In this document: in pieces, positions 29,672 through 37,939 of the stretch
Layout of the letters: each line of letters begins with the position of its first letter
Position numbering within the stretch: position 1 is the stretch's first letter
NCBI GenBank assembly: GCA_964622325.1
Contig: CAZUOJ010000004.1
Span: 1,561 to 65,560, forward strand
DNA: 64,000 nt
Direction of reading: 5' to 3'
Source: an uncultured Armatimonadia bacterium
Lineage (GTDB): Bacteria > Armatimonadota > Zipacnadia > Zipacnadales > UBA11051
Made by a program: the position numbers and the translations under genes
The notes under the pieces: generated by a model
Databases searched by the model: none
What the model was told of the DNA's origin: nothing
Seen by the model: the letters and a program-made list of their open reading frames with translations, nothing else

Positions 29672-30343
29672 TTAGCTTATTTTGGCTTCTTGTGCAGAGC
29701 GTTCCAGATAGCGTCGCAGCTTACGAGCAAGCGCTTGACGGGCACGCGCCAGACGCGATTTGAGGGTGCCGAGCGGGCAGCCAATAATTCGCGCCGCCTC
29801 CTCATATTCAATGCCTTCTAAATCAATGAGCGTAATCACAGCGCGATGATGCGGCGAAAGCGTCTGAATGATAGCTTGAACTAATTCCTGCAATTCACGG
29901 CGTTCTGCCATCACATGCGGCATGCGCGAAACATCGGGAATGCTGCGCTCCATCAAGCCCTTGTGTGTCTCCACAAGTTCATCCAGAGAGGGGCCTTCCA
30001 CAAGATGGCGCCGTTTGCGGCGACGCAGCTCATTAATGCACGCATTTATGGCAATCCGATACAGCCATGTGCGATAGCTGGACTCCCCTTGAAATTGGAA
30101 TTTGCGCAAGGCCGTCAAGGCCCGCAAGAAAATCTCTTGTGTCAAATCTTCGGCTTCTTGCGGCCCACACATCCGATAGACAATGCCGAAAATTTTGCTA
30201 TGATATTTATCCACAAGTGCGCTAAAGGCTTCCACATCGCCGGCCTGAGCGGCATGCACTAACTGCATGTCATCCGCTGTGGGCGTGAGCGTCTGGGAAG
30301 GCAATCCGCTAATATGGGAATGGACATGAGCAGTCGGGCTCAT
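29672..30343 (-). CDS. ECF-type RNA polymerase sigma factor (sigma-70 group 4)
   Basis: Region 2 (DLTQEIFLRA, YRTWLYRIAINACI) and region 4 HTH (GIEYEEAARIIGCPLGTLKSRLARAR). True start is probably the internal Met at about 30268. Confidence 0.85.
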   Translation of the reverse strand: MSPTAHVHSHISGLPSQTLTPTADDMQLVHAAQAGDVEAFSALVDKYHSKIFGIVYRMCGPQEAEDLTQEIFLRALTALRKFQFQGESSYRTWLYRIAINACINELRRRKRRHLVEGPSLDELVETHKGLMERSIPDVSRMPHVMAERRELQELVQAIIQTLSPHHRAVITLIDLEGIEYEEAARIIGCPLGTLKSRLARARQALARKLRRYLERSAQEAKIS

Positions 30344-30483
30344 AGATAAGCCCTGCCTTCCAGCTTTGCGCTGACATTATCACGCTTTCAAATAAAAAGC
30401 GCTTCACATAATGCCACATTATTGGGATGTCAATCCCGTGTTTAAGTGGCGATGGCGATGCATATGCCGAGTCCCCATCGCCC

Positions 30484-31203
30484 TTATCCATGCCAGACAA
30501 GCAATTTCTGCTGAACGATCAGGCGATAGAGTTCAGCCGCAATGAGCTCTTGCCCCGCAGTCGTGGGATGCACGCCATCGCGTGTGCTGATATATCGGCC
30601 TAAAATGGACAAATCCTCGTAATTAAATGTTTCCCCGCGGAACTCCGCTTTAATCGCTTCCCGAACAAAAGCCTCGTAAATATCACATAAATAGGCGCCT
30701 GTCTGCTGTGCCGTTTCGCGCACAATTTGAGCGTAAATGGCATTCAAGCCATTGCAGCCTCCCCATTGCGCATAATAATCAGTGGCTTGGGAATATACAT
30801 GATACCTCTCAATTATTGGATTAGGCGTCATAAAAATTACATGCGCCCCTGTTTCTTTAATCCGGCGATGCATTTCGCGCAAATTAGTGGCAAATTGCTC
30901 TTCAGAAAGGCGTTTTTCCGGCTCATATCGGATATCATTCAGGCCAAATTCTATCGTCACAATTGTGGGCTGATGGGCTAAGACATCTCTTTCCAGCCGC
31001 TGTAGCCCTTCCTGTGAATTTTCGCCTCCGACTCCCGCATTTATGACGCACACATGAGGAGAGGGGGCATAGCGGGCATTTAAGCGGCGTTCCAAAAGAG
31101 CCGGAAATGTGTCTTCAGGCGCTACATAAGGCGTCCCCTGTGTCACAGAGTTGCCAAAACAGACAATATGAGCAGAAACAATTTCACATTCTTCAGCAGC
31201 CAT
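30484..31203 (-). CDS. SGNH/GDSL-family hydrolase (lipase/esterase-like)
   Basis: Block I VCFGNSVTQG (GDS-like with a Ser nucleophile), block III GLND, block V DGVHPT (catalytic Asp/His). Confidence 0.7.
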   Translation of the reverse strand: MAAEECEIVSAHIVCFGNSVTQGTPYVAPEDTFPALLERRLNARYAPSPHVCVINAGVGGENSQEGLQRLERDVLAHQPTIVTIEFGLNDIRYEPEKRLSEEQFATNLREMHRRIKETGAHVIFMTPNPIIERYHVYSQATDYYAQWGGCNGLNAIYAQIVRETAQQTGAYLCDIYEAFVREAIKAEFRGETFNYEDLSILGRYISTRDGVHPTTAGQELIAAELYRLIVQQKLLVWHG

Positions 31204-31295
31204 AATCCCGATGCTCCAAAAAGCTAATCAGCCAGCTGAAAACATTATACTATATTCTTTAGTAAATAGCCATAAAAAATTGTTCCCTCAAAATC

Positions 31296-32495
31296 TTAAG
31301 TCTGTAACGGGGGGATGCTATGAAGAATTTTCTGTAATTCCTCAGGCGGCAATTCCCCCAAAACAATCATATAAAATGGCCCGCGTTGGGCAATGAATCT
31401 ATGTTTGCCCTGAAAACGAGCAAACGGCCCTCCATATGGCTGAGCGGGATGATAACGCGGCCTGTCTATTTCCTGTTGCTGTCCAATATTCCCCTGGCGC
31501 CTTGCTTCTCTCATTTCGTTTGGCGGCGGAAATGGCCTCGGCTGCCAGGCGGGAGACTTTGCGGGCTCTCCCTTTGGAGAAAGAGGCGCGGGCGTTGACT
31601 CTCGTCCCTTTGGCCAGGCATGCGGGGGACTGGAAGGCACAGGCGGGGCTGCCCCTGAGGAGGGCTTCAGCTGCATGACCAAAAAATGCCGTACGCCATC
31701 GGAATAACGGATTTCCGCCGCCGGCCCCCAGCGTGTCTGGCGCAAAAACAGGCCTCGTAATTGAAAGCCTGCGGGCACATAAACAGGCTTAAGCAAAGGG
31801 CCTCCTAATTGGTTTTTCAATTCAGTTTCGTTGGCCGGGCGCGCCGCTCTATAGCGCCAGCGACGCCAATGTTCCTGCGCCACTTGCGGGGGCACGACGC
31901 GCTGGGGGGGCGAAACATTATAGCGTACAGAATGAAAACGCGTTTCAGAGATAAGCTTGCCACGCTGGCTATAGCGCCAGATGGCCAGCGGATAGCCCGT
32001 CTGGGCATCCAAACAGAATATTAAGCGTGAAGCTGAACGGCCGCCCGTTGGCACGATCACATATCTTTGCGCTTGTCGGCCTGCAATACGCATCCAGCCG
32101 GCGGCGTACACATTTAAGCGCGTCTGGCGTGCCAGCCAGGGAGGAGCCAATTCGGGCTCTGGAGCAATGAGCGAAGGCAAAATTTCTTGCTGCGGGCTGA
32201 CACGCCACACTAGCCTGTCTTGTTCGATGATTTGCCAGCCTGCAAAGCGGCCAGATGTGTATTTCAGTCGAATTATTCCTGCGCCCCGATGTATTTCGGC
32301 GCGAGCGTTGAGCTTCTTTCCCTGAAACAGAATAGATGTTGTCAGCACGCCCTGTAAAGTCACCGTCTGGCGCGCTTGCTGGATTCTTGTCAAAACAGCC
32401 GCGGCTTCCTGGGGAGACAATTTGCGGCTGCAGCCCAGCAGCCCCCCCATAATCAGAAATACAATCAGATTCACAAACAAAGGCAGCTTCTTCAA
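31296..32495 (-). CDS. Lipoprotein, possible RseB/MucB-like (LolA-fold) sigma-factor regulatory protein
   Basis: Lipobox LLGC after a signal peptide. Third gene after a sigma/anti-sigma pair, as in rpoE-rseA-rseB. Beta-rich N-domain, then a Pro-rich C-terminal half. Homology is inferred only from position and composition. Confidence 0.4.
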   Translation of the reverse strand: MKKLPLFVNLIVFLIMGGLLGCSRKLSPQEAAAVLTRIQQARQTVTLQGVLTTSILFQGKKLNARAEIHRGAGIIRLKYTSGRFAGWQIIEQDRLVWRVSPQQEILPSLIAPEPELAPPWLARQTRLNVYAAGWMRIAGRQAQRYVIVPTGGRSASRLIFCLDAQTGYPLAIWRYSQRGKLISETRFHSVRYNVSPPQRVVPPQVAQEHWRRWRYRAARPANETELKNQLGGPLLKPVYVPAGFQLRGLFLRQTRWGPAAEIRYSDGVRHFLVMQLKPSSGAAPPVPSSPPHAWPKGRESTPAPLSPKGEPAKSPAWQPRPFPPPNEMREARRQGNIGQQQEIDRPRYHPAQPYGGPFARFQGKHRFIAQRGPFYMIVLGELPPEELQKILHSIPPLQT

Positions 32496-32959
32496 TTTAT
32501 GGCCCTTTCGCCCGGCGGGGCTTCCGTAGCTTCGGCCGCCAAGAGGGCTAAGCCTAAGGCTGCTTTATCCGTTAACGGCTCATGCCAAGCGGCCGCTACA
32601 TGTATTTCTAGCAGGCTATCTGCAGTGGCATTGTCAGGAAAGGGATGCGTCCACGGACTCCACAACGCAAGGAGAATAATGACAAGCACAAGCCAGACTG
32701 CTGCCAGCGCCGGAATCCATTGGCGCGCCGTGCGGGATCGTTGACGCGGCGTTAACTGTTGCGAAATCCGGGGCCATATAAAGGCTGGAGCCTCGTGCAG
32801 CGGCATGGGCTCCAGCAGGGCGGCCGTTTTGTGCAGGGCTTTTAATTCTCTCTGGCAAAAAGCACATTTTGCCAGATGTTGTTCTATTTGTGCCCGCTTG
32901 CGCACTGGCAAAGCCCCTATTTGATATTCAGCTAAATAGCGACTCATCCGACATTTCAT
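32492..32959 (-). CDS. Anti-sigma factor (zf-HC2), membrane anchored
   Basis: MKCRMSRYLAEYQIGAL...HLAKCAFCQ gives H-x3-C-x2-C. TM segment WIPALAAVWLVLVIILLAL. The track ORF start (33013) overlaps the sigma gene; the Met at 32959 is preferred. Confidence 0.6.
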   Translation of the reverse strand: MKCRMSRYLAEYQIGALPVRKRAQIEQHLAKCAFCQRELKALHKTAALLEPMPLHEAPAFIWPRISQQLTPRQRSRTARQWIPALAAVWLVLVIILLALWSPWTHPFPDNATADSLLEIHVAAAWHEPLTDKAALGLALLAAEATEAPPGERAIN

Positions 32960-32993
32960 TGTATTTTGCTCCCGTGGGCCCCCAAGAAATTTG

Positions 32994-33563
32994 TCAGTCC
33001 TCCGTCTCCACAAGCTTTCCCAGGCGGCGGCGTAATGCTTCGCGTCCCCGCGCCAGGCGAGATAACACTGTTCCGATAGGCAGTTTCAATTCGGCTGCGA
33101 TCTCAGCTACAGGCTTATCTTCAAAATGATGCATTACTATTACAAGCCTTTGTGACTCTGGCAGACGGCTTACAGCTTCACGAACGATTTTTTGTTCCTG
33201 GCTGCGAATAATTTCCTCTTCTGGCCCGGGATTCACATCAGCTGCTTCGCGTGGATTGCTCTCTGCCGATGTATGCTCCAAAAGAGATTGTTCAGGCTTG
33301 TGACGACGACTATAATCGCGGACTAAATTCAAGGCGATAATTCGCAGCCAGCCGCCAAACGCCATGTGCGTTTTTAAACGCGGCAACGCGTGCCAGGCTT
33401 TTACAAATGTCTCCTGCGTCAAATCGGCTGCTGCTTCTGGATTTGCCGTCAAATGCCAAATCAAGCTGTAAATCGTATGTTGATATTGTCTATACAGGAC
33501 GGCGAAAGCTTCCTTATCGCCTCGCCGCGCTTGCTCCACAAGCAGCGCATTCTCTTCATTCAT
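32994..33563 (-). CDS. ECF sigma factor (RpoE-like)
   Basis: AFAVLYRQYQHTIYSLIWHL, DLTQETFVKAWHAL in region 2; region 4 PVAEIAAELKLPIGTVLSRLARGREALR. Confidence 0.85.
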   Translation of the reverse strand: MNEENALLVEQARRGDKEAFAVLYRQYQHTIYSLIWHLTANPEAAADLTQETFVKAWHALPRLKTHMAFGGWLRIIALNLVRDYSRRHKPEQSLLEHTSAESNPREAADVNPGPEEEIIRSQEQKIVREAVSRLPESQRLVIVMHHFEDKPVAEIAAELKLPIGTVLSRLARGREALRRRLGKLVETED

Positions 33564-33697
33564 TGATGTTTGGCCATCACTTTAAATGACGAATTTCCTT
33601 ATCAGTATATTCCCCTTGAGCAATATTGAGAAGCATACCGATAATTTATAAATTAAAGTCCCCTAAATACTTCGCTCTTACCCTCAAAAGCGACTTG

Positions 33698-36037
33698 TTA
33701 ATCAAAAAATATCTCCCCCATGCCTTCTCTGCTAATGAAGGCGCTGCTTGGCGTCCAGGAAGTCGTTTCACGCTTGGCTTTTTGCTGGCGGCCGAATTGC
33801 ACATTCCAGGGCAATGTAGGCGGGGGCGGCCCCTGCAGGCCAATCGCCGCAAAGGGGACAAAAAGCTCAACTGTCCATTCCTTTTCACTCTGTTGCGCAG
33901 CGGCTTGCCAATTTGCTTTATTGCCAAAATTGTCGCTTTGCGTGCCCAAAGCGTTGACAGCGAATTGATAGGCCTGTGGAGACTCTGCAGGGAAAATGAA
34001 CACTTCTACATCATCATCCAGATATAATGGATCTCCCCGCTGCGTATAACGCGCCACAAGCTTATCCATTTGCGATTCGTGGCAGCGGAAAGCAATATAC
34101 ACGCCTTGCTTGTCATATGTCATCCAGACAGATGTTTTTTCTGTCGCAGGACTGCCATCGCTTAAAATTTTCAATTCTGGAATGAGAGGAGGCTGTTGCC
34201 ATACAGCTTCTTCAAGCTTTCCATCTATACGCGGAGGCTCTGCTGTGGCTTTAATTCGCAATTGCGGCACCGGATCGCTGATGAGGAGCTCCAGATGGCC
34301 TTGCGTATTGAATTGGGGCTGTGCGGATGTAATGACATAGCCGATGCGCGTGGCGCCCAGCCGCGCTAATGGCTCTAACTTCAATGTGGCTGTCAATTGC
34401 GCGTGGCGGCGCGCCGGCAGCTCCACAAGATATTCCGTCTGCTCCCAGCTCGTTTTGGCCGGCGCAGATAATTTCATCTGCAAAGAAGCGCTTATGTCTA
34501 ACTTATTTTCAAGAGAGAATATAATCTGCCGTTCTTGTCCACGGAAAGCCCGCTGGGGCTGCATTTTCACAACAATAGGCGTTCCCGGAATCACATCAAC
34601 AGGCGCATGCAATTCAAAATCCACGCCCTGCCAATTCCCTTTTACAGACAAGAGATAGGGCAATAATTGCCGCGGCGGCTCGGCCGGAACAAACAATTGG
34701 GCTTTAAGCGGGCCCGTGCCGTTTCGAGGCCTCTCCCCTTGGCTTTTATGGATAATTTCCTCCCAGGGGCTCTGAATCATAAATTCGGACAGGCGACATT
34801 GGGAAGGCAATTGCAAATGAGCTGTGAGCTCCCAAAGACATCCCCGGGGCGCTTCTTCAACAATGCGCGGCGCTTGCAGCTCAGCTCCCAAAAGCGCGGC
34901 AGGCGCCATGCTCACATATGTTTTGGCTCTATAGATTAATTTCAGCAAATCCACGGGAGATTTTGTGGAAAGCTTTTGGGGCAAAGAACTCAAAGCTTGC
35001 TGTAGGCGTTGTGCCAGTCGTAAAGCCTCCTGCTTTCCAGCCGCTTTTTGCCCTTGCTGGGCAATTTTCACAGCTGCTGCCCACGCCTGTCGTGCCATTG
35101 TATCCATTTCTGGATAATATGTCCGATCAATCTTATGCAACATGTGCTCGGCAAGACGAAAGCCATGCTGGGCAGCTTGCTCACGTGTGCCTATCCATAA
35201 AGCTAATGTTTGCTCGCCCTCTATCTGAATCGGCAAGCCAGCGGCAGGGAAAGGCTGAAAGCGTGCCGCGCCGGGCAGGATGTCCAGATATACAAGCAAA
35301 ACATTTGTGGGAATGTTCAAGGCGGCGCGATCAAGCTGCAATGTTCCTGTTTTCGGCTCTTTCGCCCAATTGCTAACTGTGAAATGCAATTCGCCTGTGG
35401 AAAAGCTGCCAAAACGCTCCACGCTCAGCCCGGCTCCTGCCTGCGCATAAGGAATAGCTTCCCAGCCTGCCCTATTCAGCTCTTCAATAGCCGGGACATA
35501 TTGACGATACAAGAAGCGATGTTGCTCTAAATTGCCAGACATAATTTCAATTGAATACACAGGCGGATAAATAGCGTACGCGAGGCCGCGTGCAAATTGC
35601 CGCCGCACAAAAGCGGGATTAGCATCTCCATAGCCGCCACGATCATCGCAGGCATGCCAATCGCGCCAAATTTTGCGATGCGCTAAGGAACGCAAATAAC
35701 GGGCCAGCCGAGCAGGATGCTGGGGATCCCAACTGCCTTCTGTCATCGCAACATCCACAAATGGCAAAATAAAGGCTTGTTCATAGCCATTAGCATTGCC
35801 GTATGTGACGATTTTATATTGCTCTGTAATGGGCTTCCAGGCCTTATAATGAAAATCCCAAATTGTATTGGGCATAGCAGGCTTCAGGCTGTCTCTGCCG
35901 AATGTCAAAGGCACAAGCGTTGTTTGGAAATGCTCGGGATTGTAATTCAGGGCGTGTGAATTGCACATGTAGCCTTCTATGGCATCTGCTGTAAATGTGG
36001 CGTCCCAGGGCCGATTGGGCGATTTCCTGAGCCACAT
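33698..36037 (-). CDS. Large hypothetical hydrolase-like protein (779 aa as called); possibly the C-terminal portion of a frameshifted gene together with 35844..37685
   Basis: Long open frame with no obvious signal peptide at any internal Met. The upstream ORF in another frame overlaps it by about 190 nt. Confidence 0.5.
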   Translation of the reverse strand: MWLRKSPNRPWDATFTADAIEGYMCNSHALNYNPEHFQTTLVPLTFGRDSLKPAMPNTIWDFHYKAWKPITEQYKIVTYGNANGYEQAFILPFVDVAMTEGSWDPQHPARLARYLRSLAHRKIWRDWHACDDRGGYGDANPAFVRRQFARGLAYAIYPPVYSIEIMSGNLEQHRFLYRQYVPAIEELNRAGWEAIPYAQAGAGLSVERFGSFSTGELHFTVSNWAKEPKTGTLQLDRAALNIPTNVLLVYLDILPGAARFQPFPAAGLPIQIEGEQTLALWIGTREQAAQHGFRLAEHMLHKIDRTYYPEMDTMARQAWAAAVKIAQQGQKAAGKQEALRLAQRLQQALSSLPQKLSTKSPVDLLKLIYRAKTYVSMAPAALLGAELQAPRIVEEAPRGCLWELTAHLQLPSQCRLSEFMIQSPWEEIIHKSQGERPRNGTGPLKAQLFVPAEPPRQLLPYLLSVKGNWQGVDFELHAPVDVIPGTPIVVKMQPQRAFRGQERQIIFSLENKLDISASLQMKLSAPAKTSWEQTEYLVELPARRHAQLTATLKLEPLARLGATRIGYVITSAQPQFNTQGHLELLISDPVPQLRIKATAEPPRIDGKLEEAVWQQPPLIPELKILSDGSPATEKTSVWMTYDKQGVYIAFRCHESQMDKLVARYTQRGDPLYLDDDVEVFIFPAESPQAYQFAVNALGTQSDNFGNKANWQAAAQQSEKEWTVELFVPFAAIGLQGPPPPTLPWNVQFGRQQKAKRETTSWTPSSAFISREGMGEIFFD

Positions 36038-37685
36038 TTTTCAAATGCGGGGAAATGTCGGGATCTTCATTGACGCGAAAATTCAAGCCCCATCCCGGCT
36101 GATCTGTGTGATTGTAGCCTTCCTGTGCACGCCAATAGCGCGTATCGCCAATATACAATATCTCTCCATTGGGCCCACGGCATATTTTCTTTATTGTTTC
36201 ACGCGTGGGCACATAGCCACGCCCTTGTTTTTCCTCGATTTGAATCATTTTTTGTAGCTCAGCCGCCACTTGCTCATCTGTCATTGGCTGGGGGCTCGGC
36301 CAAGGAATCTGCCGAAAATCATAACAGCCATGCACATGATGCAAAAATTTGTATCCTTCGCCAAAATCATTCACATCTGGCAAAATGCTGGAGCCTATGC
36401 GCAATGTATGATCGCTCAGCTCAGGGCGCTCCAAATTAGCATAATTCAAATAGCCCTCAAAGGGCGGACGTTTTACAAAACTCTCAGGGAATAGCTTGTA
36501 ATAGCGTTCCTGCGTGGAACGGAGGCCCCAGCGGGGATCATGTCGATACAACACAAAGGAAAAAGGCGCCCGCGATGGATTGTGTGAGGCTTTTGGCGTC
36601 AATCCAAAGAAAAATGTTACAGAGAATTCGTCTTGAGCGCCATCATGCTGGAGAATAAATACGCGCGGGCCCTGCAACAATGGCAACGCGAGGGATAAGC
36701 CTGCCTGTGGGCCGGAAAGTGCCGCCCAGGGATATATGGAACATAGCCCGATCCCGGAAACACAATTATATGTATTCCGATATATTATTCCCGGCTCGAT
36801 TTGCCGTTGTTCTTCAATATCATCAGCCCAGCTCCAGCCATGTGCGAACACAGGAAGCCTGAAGCGCACGCCCACAGCGCGCTCTTTGCCTGTCGTGTCG
36901 GCCACAACTCCATCGATCCGCAGGCATTCTTTTTCTGCTTTGAATTGGGCTTCGATCCGCAAGCCCATTTTGTCTACACGGCCCGCAAAATCCACACGGC
37001 CCATTGCTGCTTTAATTTGCCCCAGAACAGGCTCGTATTGGCCTTCGTGGACTTCCGCCAGGAAAAAATCATCCAGCCAAATTGTCCCTGTTGAATTGTA
37101 AATATCAGCGCGAAACGAAACACGTGTTGTCTGAGGCTGTGTTGTAAATTTCCAGCGTAAGGGCAGCCAGACATTATCCTGTTTGGGAATGGACACGCCC
37201 ATTTGTGTGACAGGCCCTGTAAACTTATTTGCCTCATCTCGTTCAGAAATGTAAGCGCCGCACACGCCTACATTTTGTCGGCGCAGCCATAATTCAGCGA
37301 TATAATGTGTGTTGGGCTTTACAGGAACGAAAATTTCCAGATTGGACGTGCGGGGGGCGGGGCCCGGGACTTCCAAGCGAGCCGAAGCGCGTCCTGTATG
37401 GGCGACAGTTGTGTCAATGCTTTGGCCTGGCCCCAGACGCCAGCCTTTATCGCCCTCCTCAAAGCTGCCGTTAGGCACGAGATTTACTAGTTGAGGCTTT
37501 TTTGCATAATCACATAAAGAGAAGCCTCCTGTGCCTCGCCAGGGCAAAGAGAAAGCGCCAATCCGACAGCCTGTAATCTGGCCTCGGGGCGAAATGTTTA
37601 TTGCGAGGCCATCTTGTGTGGAAAGCGTGGCCGAGAAAACAAAATTAGCGAGGAAAATTAGCGGGAGAAAAACATGAGGGCGCAA
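35844..37685 (-). CDS. Secreted protein with N-terminal CBM4/9-like module (613 aa as called); the 3' 60 codons look non-coding-like, suggesting a frameshift into the downstream ORF
   Basis: Signal peptide MRPHVFLPLIFLANFVFSA. NLVPNGSFEEGDKGWRL...HTGRASARLE carbohydrate-binding-like domain. The C-terminal tail SRCHRRLHVQFTRPELQSRAFPNNACAFDIRQRQ is Arg/Cys/Gln-rich, which is atypical of real coding sequence. Confidence 0.55.
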   Translation of the reverse strand: MRPHVFLPLIFLANFVFSATLSTQDGLAINISPRGQITGCRIGAFSLPWRGTGGFSLCDYAKKPQLVNLVPNGSFEEGDKGWRLGPGQSIDTTVAHTGRASARLEVPGPAPRTSNLEIFVPVKPNTHYIAELWLRRQNVGVCGAYISERDEANKFTGPVTQMGVSIPKQDNVWLPLRWKFTTQPQTTRVSFRADIYNSTGTIWLDDFFLAEVHEGQYEPVLGQIKAAMGRVDFAGRVDKMGLRIEAQFKAEKECLRIDGVVADTTGKERAVGVRFRLPVFAHGWSWADDIEEQRQIEPGIIYRNTYNCVSGIGLCSIYPWAALSGPQAGLSLALPLLQGPRVFILQHDGAQDEFSVTFFFGLTPKASHNPSRAPFSFVLYRHDPRWGLRSTQERYYKLFPESFVKRPPFEGYLNYANLERPELSDHTLRIGSSILPDVNDFGEGYKFLHHVHGCYDFRQIPWPSPQPMTDEQVAAELQKMIQIEEKQGRGYVPTRETIKKICRGPNGEILYIGDTRYWRAQEGYNHTDQPGWGLNFRVNEDPDISPHLKNVAQEIAQSALGRHIYSRCHRRLHVQFTRPELQSRAFPNNACAFDIRQRQPEACYAQYNLGFSL

Positions 37686-37939
37686 GATTTCATTCTCCTT
37701 TCGTCCTGGCTTGGCTTCATACGCGCTAGATTCTCAGACGCAAATAATTTTTTCATGTCTATAAAAATTTTTCTGCTCCTGGAAGATTATTCCTTTTGTG
37801 CAATATGGACACATCTTAGCTTTTCATTTCTATTGTTTTGTACAATCTCCGTTTATGGCAAAAGCTTTCTTGAGGCTTCGAATCAAAAAATCTAAAATAT
37901 AAAAATGTTTGGAAATCCTATCCTTAGCAGCCAAAAGGC

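Noticed and set aside
30455-30490. Palindrome GGCGATGG-N20-CCATCGCC as a regulatory operator
   Set aside because: It overlaps the 3' end of the SGNH hydrolase CDS and is short with a long loop. It could simply be a weak terminator, so it is not listed as a feature.
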